A stretch of DNA of 29,412 bases from Microcystaceae cyanobacterium (GCA_041746575.1 JBGTGT010000086.1:1-29412); one strand, 5' to 3'; shown: positions 7,437-19,627, counted from the stretch's first letter. A program made the numbers and translations. The notes: generated from the letters alone by a model not told the origin.

Positions 7437-9107
7437 ATGATGAAGCATTTTTTGAGTCGTCATTTGGAATTTAAAGGTTATTATCGCTTAATTTCCTGTT
7501 TTTTAGGGGCTTTGTTGACGATAATTCTGATAAATCCCTCTCAAGTTGTTGTTTCCGCTCCTTCATCTGAAATACGAGGGGTTTGGTTAACCGCAAATGA
7601 TACAGAGACACTCCTTGATCAATCTAAACTACAGGAGGCGGTCAATCAATTGTCTCGTCTTAATTTTAATACTCTTTACCCAGTGGTGTGGAATTCGGGT
7701 TATGTTTTATATCCCAGTGCGATCGCTAAACGGGAAAAAATACAACCCTTCGTGCAGAAAGGCAACCAAGGACAGGACCCTTTACAAGATTTAATCACAA
7801 AAGCTCATCAAAAAGGCTTATTAGTGCTACCTTGGTTTGAATTTGGCTTTATGGCACCTCCAACCTCAGAATTTGCGTTGAAACATCCTAGCTGGTTAAC
7901 ACAAAAACGGGATGGCAGTAAAACCACCATCAGCGCGGCAGGAGAAGTGGTATGGATGAACCCTTTCCGGACAGAAGTGCAAAATTTTCTGCTTTCTCTG
8001 GTGACGGAAGTGATGACATTATACGATGTAGATGGTATTCAATTTGATGACCATCTCTGCTTACCCAGAGAGTTAGGCTACGATAATTATACCCTCAATT
8101 TATATAAACAAGAAACCAAAAAAGATGCCCCTGCCGACTTTCAAGATCCAGATTGGATGCGTTGGCGCGCCTATAAAATAACGGAATTTGTCACACGCTT
8201 AAAAGCAACGGTTAAAGCAAAAAAAGGCAATGCTATTCTTTCTATTTCTCCTAGTCCTTATTACACGGCCTATCGACTTTTTTTACAAGATTGGATTGAT
8301 TGGGTTAGAAAAGATTTAGTGGATGAAATCATTGTGCAGATTTATCGTCATGATTTACCCAGTTTTGTGGAACAATTAAGCACTCCTGAAATTCAAGAAT
8401 CTCGTCAAAAAGTTCCAACAGGGGTGGGTATTTTAACAGGGTTAAGAACTCGTCCTGTTGCCATAGATTTTATTAAAGATAAAATTTTAGCCGCTCGAGA
8501 AAAGGGTTTTGGCGTCGCCTTTTTTTACTTTGATAGTCTTTGGAATCGTTCTGCTGAACCGCTAGACTATCGACAAGCCCAATTATTAAACGTGTTCCCA
8601 ACGGCGGTGGTTCGTCAACTCCCTGCTCTTCCTAAACCCACTGAAACAGCAGTGGATAGTTCTCCGGTTAAAGTTCCTCCTCTTCGTCCTGATCAAGCTG
8701 AAGTAACCTCCCCCATTAAACCTGAAGAAACGCTTTTAGAAAACCCTCTAGAAAATTTGTCTGATGATCCCTCTTTTCGTCCTTATGAATCTGAAATCAA
8801 ACCGGCTATCAAGCCCGATGATAATTTATTCGAAACTTCCCCTGAAACTCCCTCTTTTCGTCCTTATGAATCTGAAATCAAACCTGCTGTTAAGCCAACT
8901 CCTACAGAAAATGCGCTAGAAGTTGCTCCTTTTCGTCCTTATGAGCCTCACGTAGAATCTGAAAGTAATCCCCCCAAAAATCCAGCTGAAAACTTATCTG
9001 AAGATCCCTCTTTTCGTCCTTATGAATCTGAAATAAACCCCGAAGTTCAACCCCAAGAAAACAGTAATAATGATGGAATTTCCATCCCCGTTATCATTGA
9101 TTATTAA
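7437..9107 (+). CDS. Glycoside hydrolase-like family 10 (GHL10/DUF187) protein with N-terminal hydrophobic segment and Pro/Glu-rich repetitive C-terminal tail
   Basis: EIRGVWLT, FNTLYPVVWNSG, PWFEFG and DVDGIQFDDH motifs; the tail has (PS)FRPYE repeats. Confidence 0.9.
   Translation: MMKHFLSRHLEFKGYYRLISCFLGALLTIILINPSQVVVSAPSSEIRGVWLTANDTETLLDQSKLQEAVNQLSRLNFNTLYPVVWNSGYVLYPSAIAKREKIQPFVQKGNQGQDPLQDLITKAHQKGLLVLPWFEFGFMAPPTSEFALKHPSWLTQKRDGSKTTISAAGEVVWMNPFRTEVQNFLLSLVTEVMTLYDVDGIQFDDHLCLPRELGYDNYTLNLYKQETKKDAPADFQDPDWMRWRAYKITEFVTRLKATVKAKKGNAILSISPSPYYTAYRLFLQDWIDWVRKDLVDEIIVQIYRHDLPSFVEQLSTPEIQESRQKVPTGVGILTGLRTRPVAIDFIKDKILAAREKGFGVAFFYFDSLWNRSAEPLDYRQAQLLNVFPTAVVRQLPALPKPTETAVDSSPVKVPPLRPDQAEVTSPIKPEETLLENPLENLSDDPSFRPYESEIKPAIKPDDNLFETSPETPSFRPYESEIKPAVKPTPTENALEVAPFRPYEPHVESESNPPKNPAENLSEDPSFRPYESEINPEVQPQENSNNDGISIPVIIDY
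8769..9034 (+). repeat. In-frame coding repeat, CCCTCTTTTCGTCCTTATGAATCTGAAAT x3 plus one partial copy
   Basis: Identical 29-mers at 8769, 8850 and 9006, with a partial TTTTCGTCCTTATGA at 8930. Periods are 81, 75 and 81 nt. Confidence 0.92.
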
Positions 9108-9173
9108 ATCTATCAATCCCTGCTTCAAACCTTAAATCTTTGGACAGCCAAAAATCACAAACAAAGGTACAAC

Positions 9174-10334
9174 TTAGATTTCCAAATATTCAAAAATCTC
9201 CTTCGCCGCGCGATCGCACACCCCTATTTCCCCTAATTGCGATCGCATTTCTTGATAATCGGATAGCATTTGCTGGCGTCGCTCTTTATTCAGTAGTAAA
9301 TCCAAAGCTTCTTGCGTAATTTTCTCGACGGTGCAGTTTTCTTGAATTAATTCAGGGATGATCCCTTGATTTAAAATAATATTTGGTGGCGAAAGATGGG
9401 GAACTGAAAATTTAAACAGATGACGGGCCAGCCACATGGTTACAGGATTGAGACGATACACCACCACTTGCGGAATATTCAGTAAAGCAATTTCAAGATT
9501 AACTGTCCCAGACTTACTAATAGCAAGATCGGCGGCGGTGATTACATCTAACGTCCTACCTTTAACCAAAGTTACTTGCAATTGATAAGATTCAAGAATC
9601 TCTTCGATTTTTTCTCGATATACTTCCAAGGAAACAGCTACTAAAAAATGCACATCGGGGATCTTTTCCTGAATTTGCTGAGCCGCCTGGCACACTACAG
9701 GAAGAAGATAGGTTAATTCTTGAGGACGAGACACGGGAAAAAGGGAAATGATCGGCTTATCTAAGGGAATATTCAAATTTTTGCGAGCTTCTTCCCGACT
9801 TGGCGCATTTTGCAGACGATCAAGGAGAGGATGCCCCACCCAAGAGACAGAAACGCCCTGTTTTTCAAAAAATCGAGCTTCTTCAGGAAAAATTGCCAAT
9901 AAGCGATCCATGACCTTCGTTAATTGACGGGTACTAGCCGCATTCGGTGACCACACCCACGATTGAGGCGCAATATAATAAATAATTGGAATATCAGGAA
10001 AATTTTGTCTAATATAATGACCGATGGCTAAGTTCGGCCCCATATAGTCAATGAGAATGACCACATCTGGTGGATTTTGGGGTAAATAGCGTTTTGCCTG
10101 TTGTTGAATTTTCCAAGTCGAGAAAACGAGCGGTAATACTTCAAAGATGCCGATAGAACCGATGGCAGTGGTACTATTGAGCAATTTAGCCCCCGCTTTT
10201 TCCATGAGATCTCCCCCCAAAGCCAAAATCTCTAAGTCTATATTTTGACTTGCCGCTTGACGCTGGAGAGCTTCTACTAACATTGCCCCCTGTAAATCGC
10301 CGGAAACTTCGCCGGTACTGACAAAAATTCGCAT
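9174..10334 (-). CDS. lpxB: Lipid-A-disaccharide synthase
   Basis: MRIFVSTGEVSGDLQG, YYIAPQSWVW, VGHPLLD and SKSGTVNLEIALL motifs. Confidence 0.96.
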   Translation of the reverse strand: MRIFVSTGEVSGDLQGAMLVEALQRQAASQNIDLEILALGGDLMEKAGAKLLNSTTAIGSIGIFEVLPLVFSTWKIQQQAKRYLPQNPPDVVILIDYMGPNLAIGHYIRQNFPDIPIIYYIAPQSWVWSPNAASTRQLTKVMDRLLAIFPEEARFFEKQGVSVSWVGHPLLDRLQNAPSREEARKNLNIPLDKPIISLFPVSRPQELTYLLPVVCQAAQQIQEKIPDVHFLVAVSLEVYREKIEEILESYQLQVTLVKGRTLDVITAADLAISKSGTVNLEIALLNIPQVVVYRLNPVTMWLARHLFKFSVPHLSPPNIILNQGIIPELIQENCTVEKITQEALDLLLNKERRQQMLSDYQEMRSQLGEIGVCDRAAKEIFEYLEI

Positions 10335-10357
10335 TTTTAATAACAAATAAGGACAAA

Positions 10358-11188
10358 TTATGATTTTCCGGGAATGGGACCGCGCCTTCCTTCAACCGTA
10401 GTGGTCTGTTGTAGAAATTGACGAAAATGCTGAACATAGGGATGGTCGGCAAGGATGCTTAACTGTTCTAAACTGTCCCTCATGGGGTTTTTAGACCGAT
10501 AGACAAGACGAAAGGCTTTTTTTAGCTGATTAATATCGCTTTCGCTTAGTCCAGACCGTTTCAGACCAATGAGATTAAGCGATCGCACCCGTGCTGGATT
10601 GCCTTCGACAATCGTAAAAGGGGGAACATCTCGTTCAATGCGGCTCATTCCTCCTACCATCGCTAACCGACCAATATGGACGAATTGATGCACCCCCAGG
10701 ACTCCACTGATGCGCGCTTGAGATTCGATATGAATATGACCTGCTAAGGCGACTGAATTAGCGATAATGACTTCATCTTCGATCACACAGTTATGGGCAA
10801 CATGGGCGTAAGCCATTAGTAGGTTGTTGTTACCCAGTCTCGTGACTTCTCCGTCCTCTGTAGCGCGATTAATAGTTACATATTCCCGAATCGTATTATT
10901 ATTACCAATTTTAACCCAACTGGCTCCCCCTTTATACTTTAGATCCTGTGGTGCGCCCCCGATTACTGCCCCCGGATGAATATGATTTCCTTGGCCGATT
11001 TCACTATAATCTTCAATGATCGCATGAGAACCAATTTGTGTGTCTGCACCAATGTTCACCTTTTCGCTAATCACGGCATAGGGGCCAACTTTAACCGTGG
11101 GATGCAGTTGCGCGTTGGGATGAATAATCGCCGTCGGATGAATGAGATTACTCAAGGGGGTTTCTTCCTTGCTTTGATAGGTCAGCAT
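10358..11188 (-). CDS. lpxA: UDP-N-acetylglucosamine O-acyltransferase
   Basis: Hexapeptide repeats; PQDLKY, IREYVTINRAT, HVAHNC and GVHQFVHIG motifs. Confidence 0.97.
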   Translation of the reverse strand: MLTYQSKEETPLSNLIHPTAIIHPNAQLHPTVKVGPYAVISEKVNIGADTQIGSHAIIEDYSEIGQGNHIHPGAVIGGAPQDLKYKGGASWVKIGNNNTIREYVTINRATEDGEVTRLGNNNLLMAYAHVAHNCVIEDEVIIANSVALAGHIHIESQARISGVLGVHQFVHIGRLAMVGGMSRIERDVPPFTIVEGNPARVRSLNLIGLKRSGLSESDINQLKKAFRLVYRSKNPMRDSLEQLSILADHPYVQHFRQFLQQTTTVEGRRGPIPGKS

Positions 11189-11305
11189 GAATCCAGTTAA
11201 GGTATCACTTATCGAATATTAGGTACAGAATAGCAGTAATTAGTAAACTGTGACCAGTGTCAGAAAGCAGTTAAATAGCTCTGCCTACCGCTTGCCACCT
11301 GCCTT

Positions 11306-11983
11306 CTACAGTTGAATTAAGGTGATGGCAATTTTACCCGAAAAGCAGACATCAACATCCGTTCCTTCGGTGCGTTTTCGTTGACTATATTCGCCAGTGT
11401 AACGATAAGAATTTTCTTCAATTTGATACTCAATTGGCAAAGGATCAATACTAGGTTGACAAAAAATAATCGGTGGATTTAGAGTGGGAGAATTCAAATG
11501 AGGCAAATTGACATTCCAAAAGCTTTTCGGGGGAATCGGTTGATTAAATAAGATATCTAAAACATTCGCGGTCCATCTTGTTGCCAAGTCCCAGTTTATA
11601 ATTAAAGGCCGCCGAATCCAGTGGGAAATGGCAATCCCCGGAATCCCTAAAATGGCCGCTTCTCTAACCGCCGCCACTGTCCCTGAAATATAAGTATCTA
11701 TGCCTAAATTTCCGCCAGCATTAATACCTGACAGCAGCCACTTGACATCTGGCGCAAGATGTGTTAAACAAATCCGGGTGCAATCGGCGGGAGTTCCTGC
11801 GACAGCATAAGCTGTTTCTGACCGTTTTTGAATTTCAATGGGTTTATGGGTGGTAACTTGGTGTCCACAGCCCGAAAGATGGGCATCAGGAGCAATAATA
11901 ATCCCTTTCCTGCCTACGGCTTCATATAACGCTTGAATACCGGGGGCATCAATTCCGTCATCGTTGGTTAAGACAAGGGTCAT
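11306..11983 (-). CDS. surE: 5'/3'-nucleotidase SurE
   Basis: LTNDDGIDAPGI, GTPADC, SGINAGGNLG and SGTVAAVREA motifs. Confidence 0.96.
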   Translation of the reverse strand: MTLVLTNDDGIDAPGIQALYEAVGRKGIIIAPDAHLSGCGHQVTTHKPIEIQKRSETAYAVAGTPADCTRICLTHLAPDVKWLLSGINAGGNLGIDTYISGTVAAVREAAILGIPGIAISHWIRRPLIINWDLATRWTANVLDILFNQPIPPKSFWNVNLPHLNSPTLNPPIIFCQPSIDPLPIEYQIEENSYRYTGEYSQRKRTEGTDVDVCFSGKIAITLIQL

Positions 11984-12027
11984 TTCCAGTCAAACAATGG
12001 GTAGTGGGTCATTTCAGCAGTAGAGAC

Positions 12028-12163
12028 AAAAAATAAAGTCAACCCAAGCTATCGACAGGGGTTAGGGTAAGTAATAGACGCCGTGGAACGATTTCCGCAC
12101 TTCCGAAGCCCTTTCTCACCACTAAGCTCCTAACGTCGCGCGCTGTGGGAGTCCTCTGACAAC
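12028..12163 (-). ncRNA. Candidate structured small RNA or surE leader (~135 nt)
   Basis: GC-rich island in an AT-rich intergenic region. It has a 5' hairpin (CUCC..GGAG), an internal hairpin (GGAA-AUCG-UUCC), a 3' hairpin AACCC..GGGUU with a U-rich tail, and a sigma70-like promoter directly upstream. Family not identified. Confidence 0.5.
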
Positions 12164-12167
12164 ATTT

Positions 12168-12197
12168 AAGATAGAATATTGAATTGATCCGCTTCAA
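12168..12197 (-). promoter_or_regulatory. Sigma70-type promoter candidate for the 12163-12028 transcript
   Basis: Minus strand TTGAAG (12197-12192) - 18 nt - TATCTT (12173-12168). Confidence 0.45.
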
Positions 12198-12239
12198 ATT
12201 AAAGAATAGGAGAGTAGGATGGCGGGATAAATAGGCTAA

Positions 12240-12425
12240 TTAGCCATTTAAACTATCTTCGGGGAAAGTAAGCTTAAATTCTTCAATGAGTTCGTCTAAT
12301 TCTTCTAAGGCTTGGGTGACATCTAACCGAAGGCTACCAATATTGGGTCTCGTACTTAATTGTTCTAAAAATTCTCGTTTACTTCTGATTGCTTTAACTT
12401 TCTCTAAAATTGTTGCTTTATCCAT
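12240..12425 (-). CDS. Small helical hypothetical protein (61 aa), probably conserved in cyanobacteria
   Basis: MDKATILEKVKAIRSKREFLEQLSTRPNIGSLRLDVTQALEELDELIEEFKLTFPEDSLNG has an amphipathic helical pattern. ATG 12425 is preferred over the longer start. Confidence 0.75.
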   Translation of the reverse strand: MDKATILEKVKAIRSKREFLEQLSTRPNIGSLRLDVTQALEELDELIEEFKLTFPEDSLNG

Positions 12426-12449
12426 GATAGATAGCTTTGAAAATGGAAC

Positions 12450-12467
12450 AATGTTAACTATTGTAAA
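12450..12467 (-). promoter_or_regulatory. HLR1-like (RpaB-binding) direct repeat
   Basis: Minus strand TTTACAAT-AG-TTAACATT, one mismatch from the HLR1 consensus, 25 nt upstream of the ATG and overlapping a TACAAT -10-like hexamer. Confidence 0.55.
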
Positions 12468-12562
12468 TGGTTTTGACCTGTTTTCGTGGCTGGTCTTATC
12501 GGGAGCTGTCAAGTTGGCAATAATGAACAAAGCGTAGATAATAAGCGAGAAAGCATATTTTA

Positions 12563-13342
12563 TTATTGAATCGGCCCCTCAATGCTGGCGTTGAAAAATT
12601 GCTTTAATAAGGGTTCTTCTGAGGCATAGGCGTCTTCTGTCTTCCCTTGCCACTGAATTTTGCCATCATAAAGGAAAATAATGCGTTCTGTTGTGCGACG
12701 AATCGTGCTATCTTGGTGTGTCACGATGAGATAGGCTTGACAAATTTTATCTACTTTTAGGAGGTGAGCGATCAGGTTTTCAATCCGTGTCGAGGCGATC
12801 GGATCAAGTCCTGCTGTCGGCTCATCGTAAAGAATGATATCATTGTCACTTTTTTTGCCACTTTTCTGTGGTTCTGCTAAGATAGCACGGGCTAAACTCA
12901 CTCTTTTTTGCATTCCTCCCGATAACTCCGACGGATAAAGATCCCCTGTTCCGGGTAATCCCACTAATGCCAATTTTTCGGACACTAATTCCCGAATCTG
13001 TTGCTGGGGCATCTGAGAATAACGGTATAAGACAAATCCTACATTTTCATCCACCGTGAGGGAGTCAAACAAGGCTGACTGTTGAAAGACTAATCCTACG
13101 TTTAAAGGATCTCCCCCTTGATCGAGGGTTTCCCCACGAACTTGACCCCTAATGTAAACTTCTCCCTCATCTAAGGGCATCAAGCCCGAAATTGCTTTTA
13201 AGATCGTAGATTTGCCTGTGCCTGAAGGTCCGATCACGCCGACAGCATCTCCGGGATAGATTTGTAGATCTATTTTATCCAAAATTACTTTTGAGCCAAA
13301 TGCTTTGGACACGCCTCTGAATTCAATAATCGGTTCGACCAT
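12563..13342 (-). CDS. ABC transporter ATP-binding protein, MlaF/Mkl/TGD3 family
   Basis: Walker A GPSGTGKS, FQQSALFDSLTV, LSGGMQKRVSLARA and YDEPTAGLDP. Confidence 0.9.
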   Translation of the reverse strand: MVEPIIEFRGVSKAFGSKVILDKIDLQIYPGDAVGVIGPSGTGKSTILKAISGLMPLDEGEVYIRGQVRGETLDQGGDPLNVGLVFQQSALFDSLTVDENVGFVLYRYSQMPQQQIRELVSEKLALVGLPGTGDLYPSELSGGMQKRVSLARAILAEPQKSGKKSDNDIILYDEPTAGLDPIASTRIENLIAHLLKVDKICQAYLIVTHQDSTIRRTTERIIFLYDGKIQWQGKTEDAYASEEPLLKQFFNASIEGPIQ

Positions 13343-13652
13343 AGGAGTTTGTTCGTTTTTACTATTAATTTAACGTCAAAGTCACCTTCATTACTTAACT
13401 TTTCGTCGTTTAATCTATCCAACAAACTGACGGAAGAACCGTGTAATTTTTATCTCTTCGATGGGAATACTACAGAAATCGTTTATTAAGTCCTATCAAT
13501 TCGATGAATATTGCCCCTCTAAGCTTATTCAGGAAGGTCTATTGTTCGAGCAGGGGAAAAGGTGACTGGGAGTGTTATGGGGATGGGAGGAGCGATCGCT
13601 ACTGCAGTCCAGATTCATTGGCAACCATTAGCCAAAATTTACTTTCGCCCAT

Positions 13653-13676
13653 AAAAAAGGCGCATCAACTGCGCCT
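13653..13676 (-). terminator. Intrinsic terminator of apcE
   Basis: Stem AGGCGCA/TGCGCCT with a 5-nt loop and a U-run on the minus strand, about 30 nt after the apcE stop. Confidence 0.8.
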
Positions 13677-13704
13677 CCGTCAAAATTCGATCTAAAGGTT
13701 CCCC

Positions 13705-16413
<2,709 letters not shown>

Positions 16414-16757
16414 TCAACTATCTCCCATGTAAAAAATTTACCAGTTGACTCTCTAAATATGATTGAGTCTAGAGGTTTTGTTACATCTTGATTAAAACCA
16501 GATGTTTAAAAAGCTAATCAGCATCTAGATTAGACTGTTTCGGGCTTTATGAATAGCTTTGTTAAGAATTATGTCAAAGTTTTTTCAGTAACTTGTTAAC
16601 AGTGATTCATTATTCAGTTTTTACCGTGTGCCATCAAGGAAGACGGGAAGATGATTTAGGGACATAATAATAAGCCATCGCGAAATTTTTTTTTAAATCC
16701 TAGCTTACCTTCCCATTTTAGAGTATGATGATGAATCGTGAGTTTTTTTAACAACCC

Positions 16758-17120
16758 ATGAACGCACAAGAAATCATCAACGCCATTGAGGCAGAATACC
16801 TCAAAACCGACCTCCCCACCATTCACGTGGGAGATACCGTCAAAATCGGTGTTCGCATCAGTGAAGGGGGTAAGGAGCGAGTCCAGCCGTACGAAGGAAC
16901 GGTCATTGCGATGCGTCGCAGTGGCATCAACAAAACCATTACTGTTCGCCGGATTTTCCAAGGCATAGGAGTAGAACGGATCTTTTTGATTCATTCTCCT
17001 GCTGTTGCCAGTATCCAAATTATCCGTCGAGGCAAAGTCCGTCGTGCCAAACTGTACTACCTTCGTAATCGAGTAGGTAAAGCTACCCGAATTCAACAAC
17101 GCTTTGACCGTTCCCTCTAA
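16758..17120 (+). CDS. rplS: 50S ribosomal protein L19
   Basis: [24 protein letters not shown]...[14 protein letters not shown]. Confidence 0.98.
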   Translation: MNAQEIINAIEAEYLKTDLPTIHVGDTVKIGVRISEGGKERVQPYEGTVIAMRRSGINKTITVRRIFQGIGVERIFLIHSPAVASIQIIRRGKVRRAKLYYLRNRVGKATRIQQRFDRSL

Positions 17121-17179
17121 CCTAAAACCTGATCATCGTAGCGTTAAAATACGCTACTATTGAAAGGAGTTGTCATAAT

Positions 17180-17252
17180 GCGCTCTTAGTTCAGTTGGTA
17201 GAACGTCGGTCTCCAAAACCGGATGTCGGGGGTTCAAGTCCTCCAGGGCGCG
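17180..17252 (+). tRNA. trnW: tRNA-Trp (CCA)
   Basis: Cloverleaf GCGCTCT...AGGGCGC-G, anticodon loop CTCCAAA, T-loop GGTTCAAGTCC; usual position before secE. Confidence 0.97.
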
Positions 17253-17366
17253 TGAAACCCACAAAACAGCAAAGATTAAGAAGCATAGTCATCGCCTTTC
17301 TAGAGATGATAGGGTTAAGAAAGGGGTTAAGCCGAAGACTTGAAATTGCAGAAAGGGGACTCCATC

Positions 17367-17603
17367 GTGGCTAAAAAAGAAACCGCCGAAAAAGAAAAAG
17401 CAAACCTGTCAACAACCAATCAAGGGGCTAACTCTAGCCAGTTTTTTCAAGAAACTAAGGAAGAATTAGCCAAAATTGTCTGGCCATCTCGCCAGCAACT
17501 GATCAGCGAATCCGTCGCCGTTATTTTAATGGTGACCCTCGTGGCAACCGTGATTTATCTCGTTGATAATCTGTTTGCTTGGCTATCAGGGAAGGTATTC
17601 TAA
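17367..17603 (+). CDS. secE: Preprotein translocase subunit SecE
   Basis: FFQETKEELAKIVWPSRQQL motif plus a TM helix; GTG start at 17367 after a GGGGA RBS. Confidence 0.95.
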   Translation: MAKKETAEKEKANLSTTNQGANSSQFFQETKEELAKIVWPSRQQLISESVAVILMVTLVATVIYLVDNLFAWLSGKVF

Positions 17604-18230
17604 ATGAGTTTCGCAGACGACTATCCCGAAGACATCGAATTGCAACCCGAAGGAAAAAAGAGCGTTGTTCCCCCTCGGTGGTATGCCGTTCAAGTTGCTT
17701 CTGGTTGCGAAAAAAAGGTGAAAACTGACCTAGAGCAGCGTATTGGCACCCTAGATGTGGCTGATCGCATTTTACAGGTACAGATTCCCAAAACCCCCAC
17801 TGTCAAAGTCCGTAAAGATGGTTCGCGGTTACACGGCGAAGAAAAAGTCTTCCCCGGTTACGTCTTAATCAGAATGCGGATGGATGACGACGCGTGGCAG
17901 GTAGTCAAGAATACCCCCCACGTCATTAACTTTGTCGGGGCAGAGCAAAAACGCAGTTACGGACGAGGCCGAGGTCATGTTAAACCCTTGCCCTTGAGTA
18001 CCTCTGAAGTTGAGCGGATTTTCAAACAATCTCAAGAACAAGAACCCGTCATCAAAGTTGATATGGCCGTGGGAGACAAAATTATGGTGCTTTCTGGGCC
18101 GTTTAAAGATTTTGACGGGGAAGTCATTGAGGTCAGTCCCGAACGCAGTAAACTCAAAGCTTTACTGTCGATTTTCGGGCGAGATACGCCCGTTGAATTA
18201 GAATTTAATCAAATTGAGAAACAAAACTAG
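17604..18230 (+). CDS. nusG: Transcription termination/antitermination factor NusG
   Basis: [23 protein letters not shown] and KOW motif [10 protein letters not shown]. Confidence 0.98.
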   Translation: MSFADDYPEDIELQPEGKKSVVPPRWYAVQVASGCEKKVKTDLEQRIGTLDVADRILQVQIPKTPTVKVRKDGSRLHGEEKVFPGYVLIRMRMDDDAWQVVKNTPHVINFVGAEQKRSYGRGRGHVKPLPLSTSEVERIFKQSQEQEPVIKVDMAVGDKIMVLSGPFKDFDGEVIEVSPERSKLKALLSIFGRDTPVELEFNQIEKQN

Positions 18231-18232
18231 CA

Positions 18233-18658
18233 ATGGCCAAAAAAGTCGTCGCAATGATTAAACTGGCTCTCCCTGCGGGGAAAGCAAACCCTGCCCCTCC
18301 CGTTGGTCCTGCTTTAGGGCAACATGGGGTCAATATTATGGCATTTTGTAAAGAATACAATGCCAAAACGGCTGATAAAGCTGGAACGATTATTCCTGTT
18401 GAAATTTCTGTATTTGAAGACAGAAGTTTTACGTTTGTCCTAAAAACGCCTCCTGCTTCTGTTTTAATTCGTAAAGCGGCAGACATCGAAAAAGGCTCAA
18501 ATCAATCGAATAAAGTGATAGTCGGCAATATCACCCGAAATCAACTGCGAGAAATTGCCGAAACCAAAATGCCCGACCTCAACGCCAATGATATTGAGGC
18601 GGCGATGAATATCATCGAAGGAACTGCCCGTAACATGGGCGTTACCGTCCAAGACTGA
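18233..18658 (+). CDS. rplK: 50S ribosomal protein L11
   Basis: [29 protein letters not shown]. Confidence 0.99.
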   Translation: MAKKVVAMIKLALPAGKANPAPPVGPALGQHGVNIMAFCKEYNAKTADKAGTIIPVEISVFEDRSFTFVLKTPPASVLIRKAADIEKGSNQSNKVIVGNITRNQLREIAETKMPDLNANDIEAAMNIIEGTARNMGVTVQD

Positions 18659-18676
18659 TTACCATTTACTTAGAGA

Positions 18677-18705
18677 GGGGAGAGGCATCCGCTTCGCTAT
18701 CACCC
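18677..18705 (+). promoter_or_regulatory. Putative L1-binding autoregulatory RNA element between rplK and rplA
   Basis: GGGGAG-AGGC-ATCC-GCTT-CGCTATCACCC is a stem with an asymmetric internal loop next to the AAGGAG RBS of rplA, resembling known L1 leader sites. Confidence 0.55.
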
Positions 18706-18717
18706 AAGGAGAAAACC

Positions 18718-19434
18718 ATGTCCAAGAAACTATCAAAACGCTTTCGAGAAGCCAGTGCCAAGGTGGATATTAATCAAACCTATGGGCCTCTCGAAGCCGT
18801 ACAACTGCTAAAAGAGACCGCCACTGCCAAATTTGATGAGACAGCAGAAGCCCACATTCGCTTAGGGATTGACCCCAAATACAGTGATCAGCAACTGAGA
18901 ACCACAGTCACCTTTCCCAAAGGAACGGGGCAAACCGTAAGAATCGCTGTTTTAGCCCGCGGGGAAAAAGTGCAAGAAGCGAGTGAAGCAGGGGCAGACA
19001 TTGTCGGTTCCGAGGAACTTATTGACGAAATCCAAAAAGGGATGTTGGATTTTGAAGTTTTGATTGCTACGCCTGATATGATGCCGAAAGTAGCTAAATT
19101 AGGGCGGATGTTGGGGCCAAAAGGACTGATGCCTTCTCCTAAAGGGGGAACAGTCACCACCGAATTAGCGGCGGCCATTCAAGACTTTAAAGCTGGAAAA
19201 CTAGAATTTCGAGCCGACCGAACGGGAATTGTCCATGTAATGTTTGGAAAATCCTCTTTTTCTGCGGATGACTTACTGGTTAATCTCAAAGCCCTACAGG
19301 AAACCATTGACCGTAACCGTCCAGCGGGCGCAAAAGGACGTTATTGGCGGACGATGTTTATCTCTGCTTCGATGGGGCCATCCATTGCGGTTGATCTTAA
19401 TACCCTTAGGGATTTAAAATTAGAAGAGGCATAA
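18718..19434 (+). CDS. rplA: 50S ribosomal protein L1
   Basis: [24 protein letters not shown] and [16 protein letters not shown]. Confidence 0.99.
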   Translation: MSKKLSKRFREASAKVDINQTYGPLEAVQLLKETATAKFDETAEAHIRLGIDPKYSDQQLRTTVTFPKGTGQTVRIAVLARGEKVQEASEAGADIVGSEELIDEIQKGMLDFEVLIATPDMMPKVAKLGRMLGPKGLMPSPKGGTVTTELAAAIQDFKAGKLEFRADRTGIVHVMFGKSSFSADDLLVNLKALQETIDRNRPAGAKGRYWRTMFISASMGPSIAVDLNTLRDLKLEEA

Positions 19435-19471
19435 ATTTAAACATTGCCTTTGATTCCCCTTTATAAGGTTT

Positions 19472-19627
19472 AAAACCGAAGACAGCAGGTGCTGTATGGC
19501 TTAAATATCCTGCCGAGGTTGAAACACATAAGAAGAGTAAGACATTAACCACTTGAGATTGGCAAACCGTCTTTTTCGCTTCATATTAATGGTTTCAGCC
19601 CCGGCGCAACGTCAGGGGTTTATTATT
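19472..19627 (+). promoter_or_regulatory. Ribosomal protein L10 leader RNA
   Basis: ACCGAAGACAGCAGGTGC...TTAAATATCCTGCCGAGGT core, plus a downstream hairpin AGCCCCGGCG..CGTCAGGGGTT before rplJ. Confidence 0.88.

Noticed and set aside
8769..9034. CRISPR-like array (29-nt repeats ending in GAAAT with ~50-nt spacers)
   Set aside because: All periods are multiples of 3 within an open reading frame, the spacers share peptide similarity (ENLSDD/ENLSED), one copy is degenerate, and there is no leader or cas gene. It is a coding repeat.
13504..13695. 63-aa ORF between the ABC ATPase and apcE
   Set aside because: No recognisable motif or RBS, and it runs antisense through the apcE terminator. It cannot be supported.
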